The notes below the pieces were generated by a model, which worked only from the letters and a program-made list of their open reading frames with translations, did not search any database and was not told the origin of the DNA. From the NCBI GenBank assembly GCA_045106415.1, contig JBGCEP010000023.1, positions 1 to 31,141 of the forward strand: a DNA stretch of 31,141 nt. Reading direction: 5' to 3'. Source of the stretch: Oligoflexales bacterium (GTDB lineage: Bacteria; Bdellovibrionota_B; Oligoflexia; Oligoflexales; Bog-1112). The translations under genes and the position numbers were made by a program. Each line of letters starts with the position of its first letter. Position 1 is the first letter of the stretch. This document shows, one piece after another, positions 29,004 to 31,141 of the stretch.

Positions 29004-30089
29004 ATGGCCCGTTATTTTTTGATTTTCTTTCTTTTCTCCTGTGGTCACACAAACAACAAGCCTAAGCAAAAACAATCACAAAATATTGCAAAACCTCATA
29101 CCCATCCCTCTGGTGCCAACTCAACATCCCCTTCCCCCCCCACAACCGCAAACGCAGAGTTCCAATCTAAAGCAACAACTCATGATATATCTCCAGAAAT
29201 CATTCTTGAGGAGCGTGACATTTTAAAAGAGTACGCACCTCGTTTAATTTTTCATAAAAATGAAGAATACCTCCCATCTTCTGTGCAATTTTTTCTAGAG
29301 AGAACAAAAGAAGAAGAAGGGCATTATGTATCAAAAGAAGAACTAAATTGCCCTGATTGCCAAAACCTAGACTTTTTAAAAGGTATGAAGCCTGAAGACA
29401 AGCCAGAAATTTATGGCTTTATTCGAGAAAGATCACCAACAGAAAAAGAGCTTATTTATTTCATATTTTATCCTTACAACCTAGGAAAAGAAGTTTGTAT
29501 TGGCGTCGATGGGTTATTTTTAGATGGTGTTTTTGATGAAATTATTTCTGGAGCAGGCGACCTGGTCGATACAGTCACAGATACTGTTCAAGGATGTTTA
29601 GGGTCCAAAATTCGTTTTGGCAATCATATCGGCGACTGGGAACACATCACTATCCGACTCGAAAATCAGGCTCCTCAAGAAGTTTTTCTTAGTGCACATG
29701 GCCACGGGGAAGCAGTTCTATGGGATGATATTGCAAAAAAAGGAAACCACCTAGAAGCTTATGTTGCTCTTGGTTCACATGGGATGTACTCAAAAGCTGA
29801 AGAACACATCTACCTAGAGCTTCCAAATGGCGCTCAACTTATTGATAGCACAAACGAAGGAAAATCTTGGGACAGCCATGAAAACCTTATTTTTATTCCA
29901 GAATATGATATTGGAGCCTACCCTCAAGAGTTCGAATGGATGAACTTTCTTGGCCGATGGGGCAATCCTAAGGAAGGGTGTGAGGTTATTGAGTCTCTTT
30001 CTGGTGAGTGCCAGTTAAACGCAGGGCCAACCGGGCCTGCCCTCAAAGGCGTCCTAGAATCACAAAATCTCCATCTTTTGCACCTGTAA
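29004..30089 (+). CDS. Vps62-related (DUF946-like) lipoprotein
   Basis: Leader MARYFLIFFLFS-C and a P/S/T linker; YAPRLIFHKNEEYLPSSV, YFIFYPYN, GNHIGDWEH, FLSAHG, YVALGSHG, FLGRWG, GPTGP. Confidence 0.8.
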   Translation: MARYFLIFFLFSCGHTNNKPKQKQSQNIAKPHTHPSGANSTSPSPPTTANAEFQSKATTHDISPEIILEERDILKEYAPRLIFHKNEEYLPSSVQFFLERTKEEEGHYVSKEELNCPDCQNLDFLKGMKPEDKPEIYGFIRERSPTEKELIYFIFYPYNLGKEVCIGVDGLFLDGVFDEIISGAGDLVDTVTDTVQGCLGSKIRFGNHIGDWEHITIRLENQAPQEVFLSAHGHGEAVLWDDIAKKGNHLEAYVALGSHGMYSKAEEHIYLELPNGAQLIDSTNEGKSWDSHENLIFIPEYDIGAYPQEFEWMNFLGRWGNPKEGCEVIESLSGECQLNAGPTGPALKGVLESQNLHLLHL

Positions 30090-30214
30090 AAGATGGAGAC
30101 ACATTCACTTCTCTTCATTGAATAAAAAATCCACTTTCTTGAAAAAATATGCAAGAAACACATGAGCTCATGCTAATGTAGCACCCTAATGACATACAAA
30201 TTGAGGCAAAAAGC

Positions 30215-30634
30215 ATGAAATTTCTTCATACCATGATTCGCATTACCGACGTGGATAAAAATTTAGATTTTTTTTGTAAAGGACTTGGGCTGAAAGAAAT
30301 TCGACGCCACGATTATCCAAAAGGTGAATTTACGTTGATTTTTCTGGCTACAGTCGCAGGGGCTCCAGAAATCGAACTCACCTATAATTGGGGCAGCAAA
30401 CAAGAGTATGTAAGTGGAAGAAATTTTGGACACATCGCCTTTGAGGTTGAAAACATCTACACCACCTGCCAACACCTTATCAACCAAGGAATCGATATTC
30501 TTAGGCCTCCACGTGATGGCTATATGGCTTTCATAAAAAGCCCTGACAATATTTCAATTGAACTTTTGCAAAAAGGCGGCCGTTTAGTTCCTTCTGAACC
30601 TTGGGTGTCTATGCCTAACAAAGGTGAATGGTAA
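30215..30634 (+). CDS. gloA: Lactoylglutathione lyase (glyoxalase I, VOC family)
   Basis: [46 protein letters not shown]. Confidence 0.9.
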   Translation: MKFLHTMIRITDVDKNLDFFCKGLGLKEIRRHDYPKGEFTLIFLATVAGAPEIELTYNWGSKQEYVSGRNFGHIAFEVENIYTTCQHLINQGIDILRPPRDGYMAFIKSPDNISIELLQKGGRLVPSEPWVSMPNKGEW

Positions 30635-30780
30635 GCGTCACGGTTATTATAGCATTGGCTGGTTTTATTTACTCACCCAGACTGAGTCTATCCCACTTAT
30701 AAAATTGAATTCGAGATATGTGATTTTATCTTATAAATTTAGTATGTTGTTCCTAGTTTTATCAAATATTTGGAATTGAC

Positions 30781-31141
30781 ATGCCTAAGTTATACTCATT
30801 AGACCTGAAGAATAAAGTGATTGATGCGACAGAATCTGGCTATACCGATAGCTCTATCAGTGAGACTTTCAATATCGCTCGTAAAACAATATATAATTGG
30901 AAAAAGAAACTGACAGAGACTGGTTCTCTGAAACCACGGAAACGTGAACAGGGACCAGGTAAGATTCAAGACTTGGAAAAATTTAGAAAATTTGTAGAAG
31001 AAAAACCTGATAGAAGCTCCGAAGAAATGGCTCAAGATTGGGGGATATTTCTCCACGGAGTATTCGTCGATACTTGCGGCTTATCGGTTTTACAAATAAA
31101 AAAAACATTTGGATACAAAAATCGCTGCGATAAAAATCGGA
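30781..31141 (+). mobile_element. IS630-family transposase, N-terminal HTH part (runs off the window; left end probably near 30680-30720)
   Basis: ATG 30781: MPKLYSLDLKNKVID...FNIARKTIYNWKK...TGSLKP...FVEEKPD...EMAQDW. An alternate frame reads ISPRSIRRYLRLIGFTNKK, followed by an A8 run and KKTFGY. Confidence 0.88.

Noticed and set aside
1857..31056. Many short ORFs overlapping or antisense to confident genes (e.g. 2029..2460, 6071..6412, 12232..12585, 13216..13572, 30799..31056)
   Set aside because: Shadow frames of well-supported CDSs or the transposase, with no independent motifs.

Overview
Low-GC bacterial chromosomal window. The gene styles and the many sigma28-like promoters suggest Bdellovibrionota/Oligoflexia, but that is inference. 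IS remnants sit at both ends (IS3 family left, IS630 family right), and an internally deleted IS903-group (IS5 family) relic lies at 10.8-11.5 kb. Recognisable genes: a wzm-wzt-DUF4214-GT4 surface-glycan export operon, an OPT transporter, an MBL-fold lipoprotein, a two-gene nonulosonic-acid module (short NeuB-type synthase plus a cytidylyltransferase-HAD phosphatase fusion), glnS, a GH3 glucosidase, a DedA protein with an extra N-terminal domain, a GAF/HD-GYP phosphodiesterase followed by aat, yciB, a UbiD-family decarboxylase, prfC and gloA. Most unusual observations: (i) two tandem ~156-bp-period intergenic units at 19.4-19.65 kb, each a sigma28-like promoter followed at near-identical spacing by a conserved 22-23-nt motif and no real ORF (candidate paralogous sRNAs); (ii) six sigma28-like promoters in ~12 kb, none in front of a flagellar gene; (iii) an 866-aa ABC1/UbiB-family kinase with a lipoprotein signal and a sigma54-like promoter, next to a eukaryote-like BTB/POZ protein, with a Vps62-like lipoprotein nearby. 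All calls come from reading motifs by eye; no searches were run.
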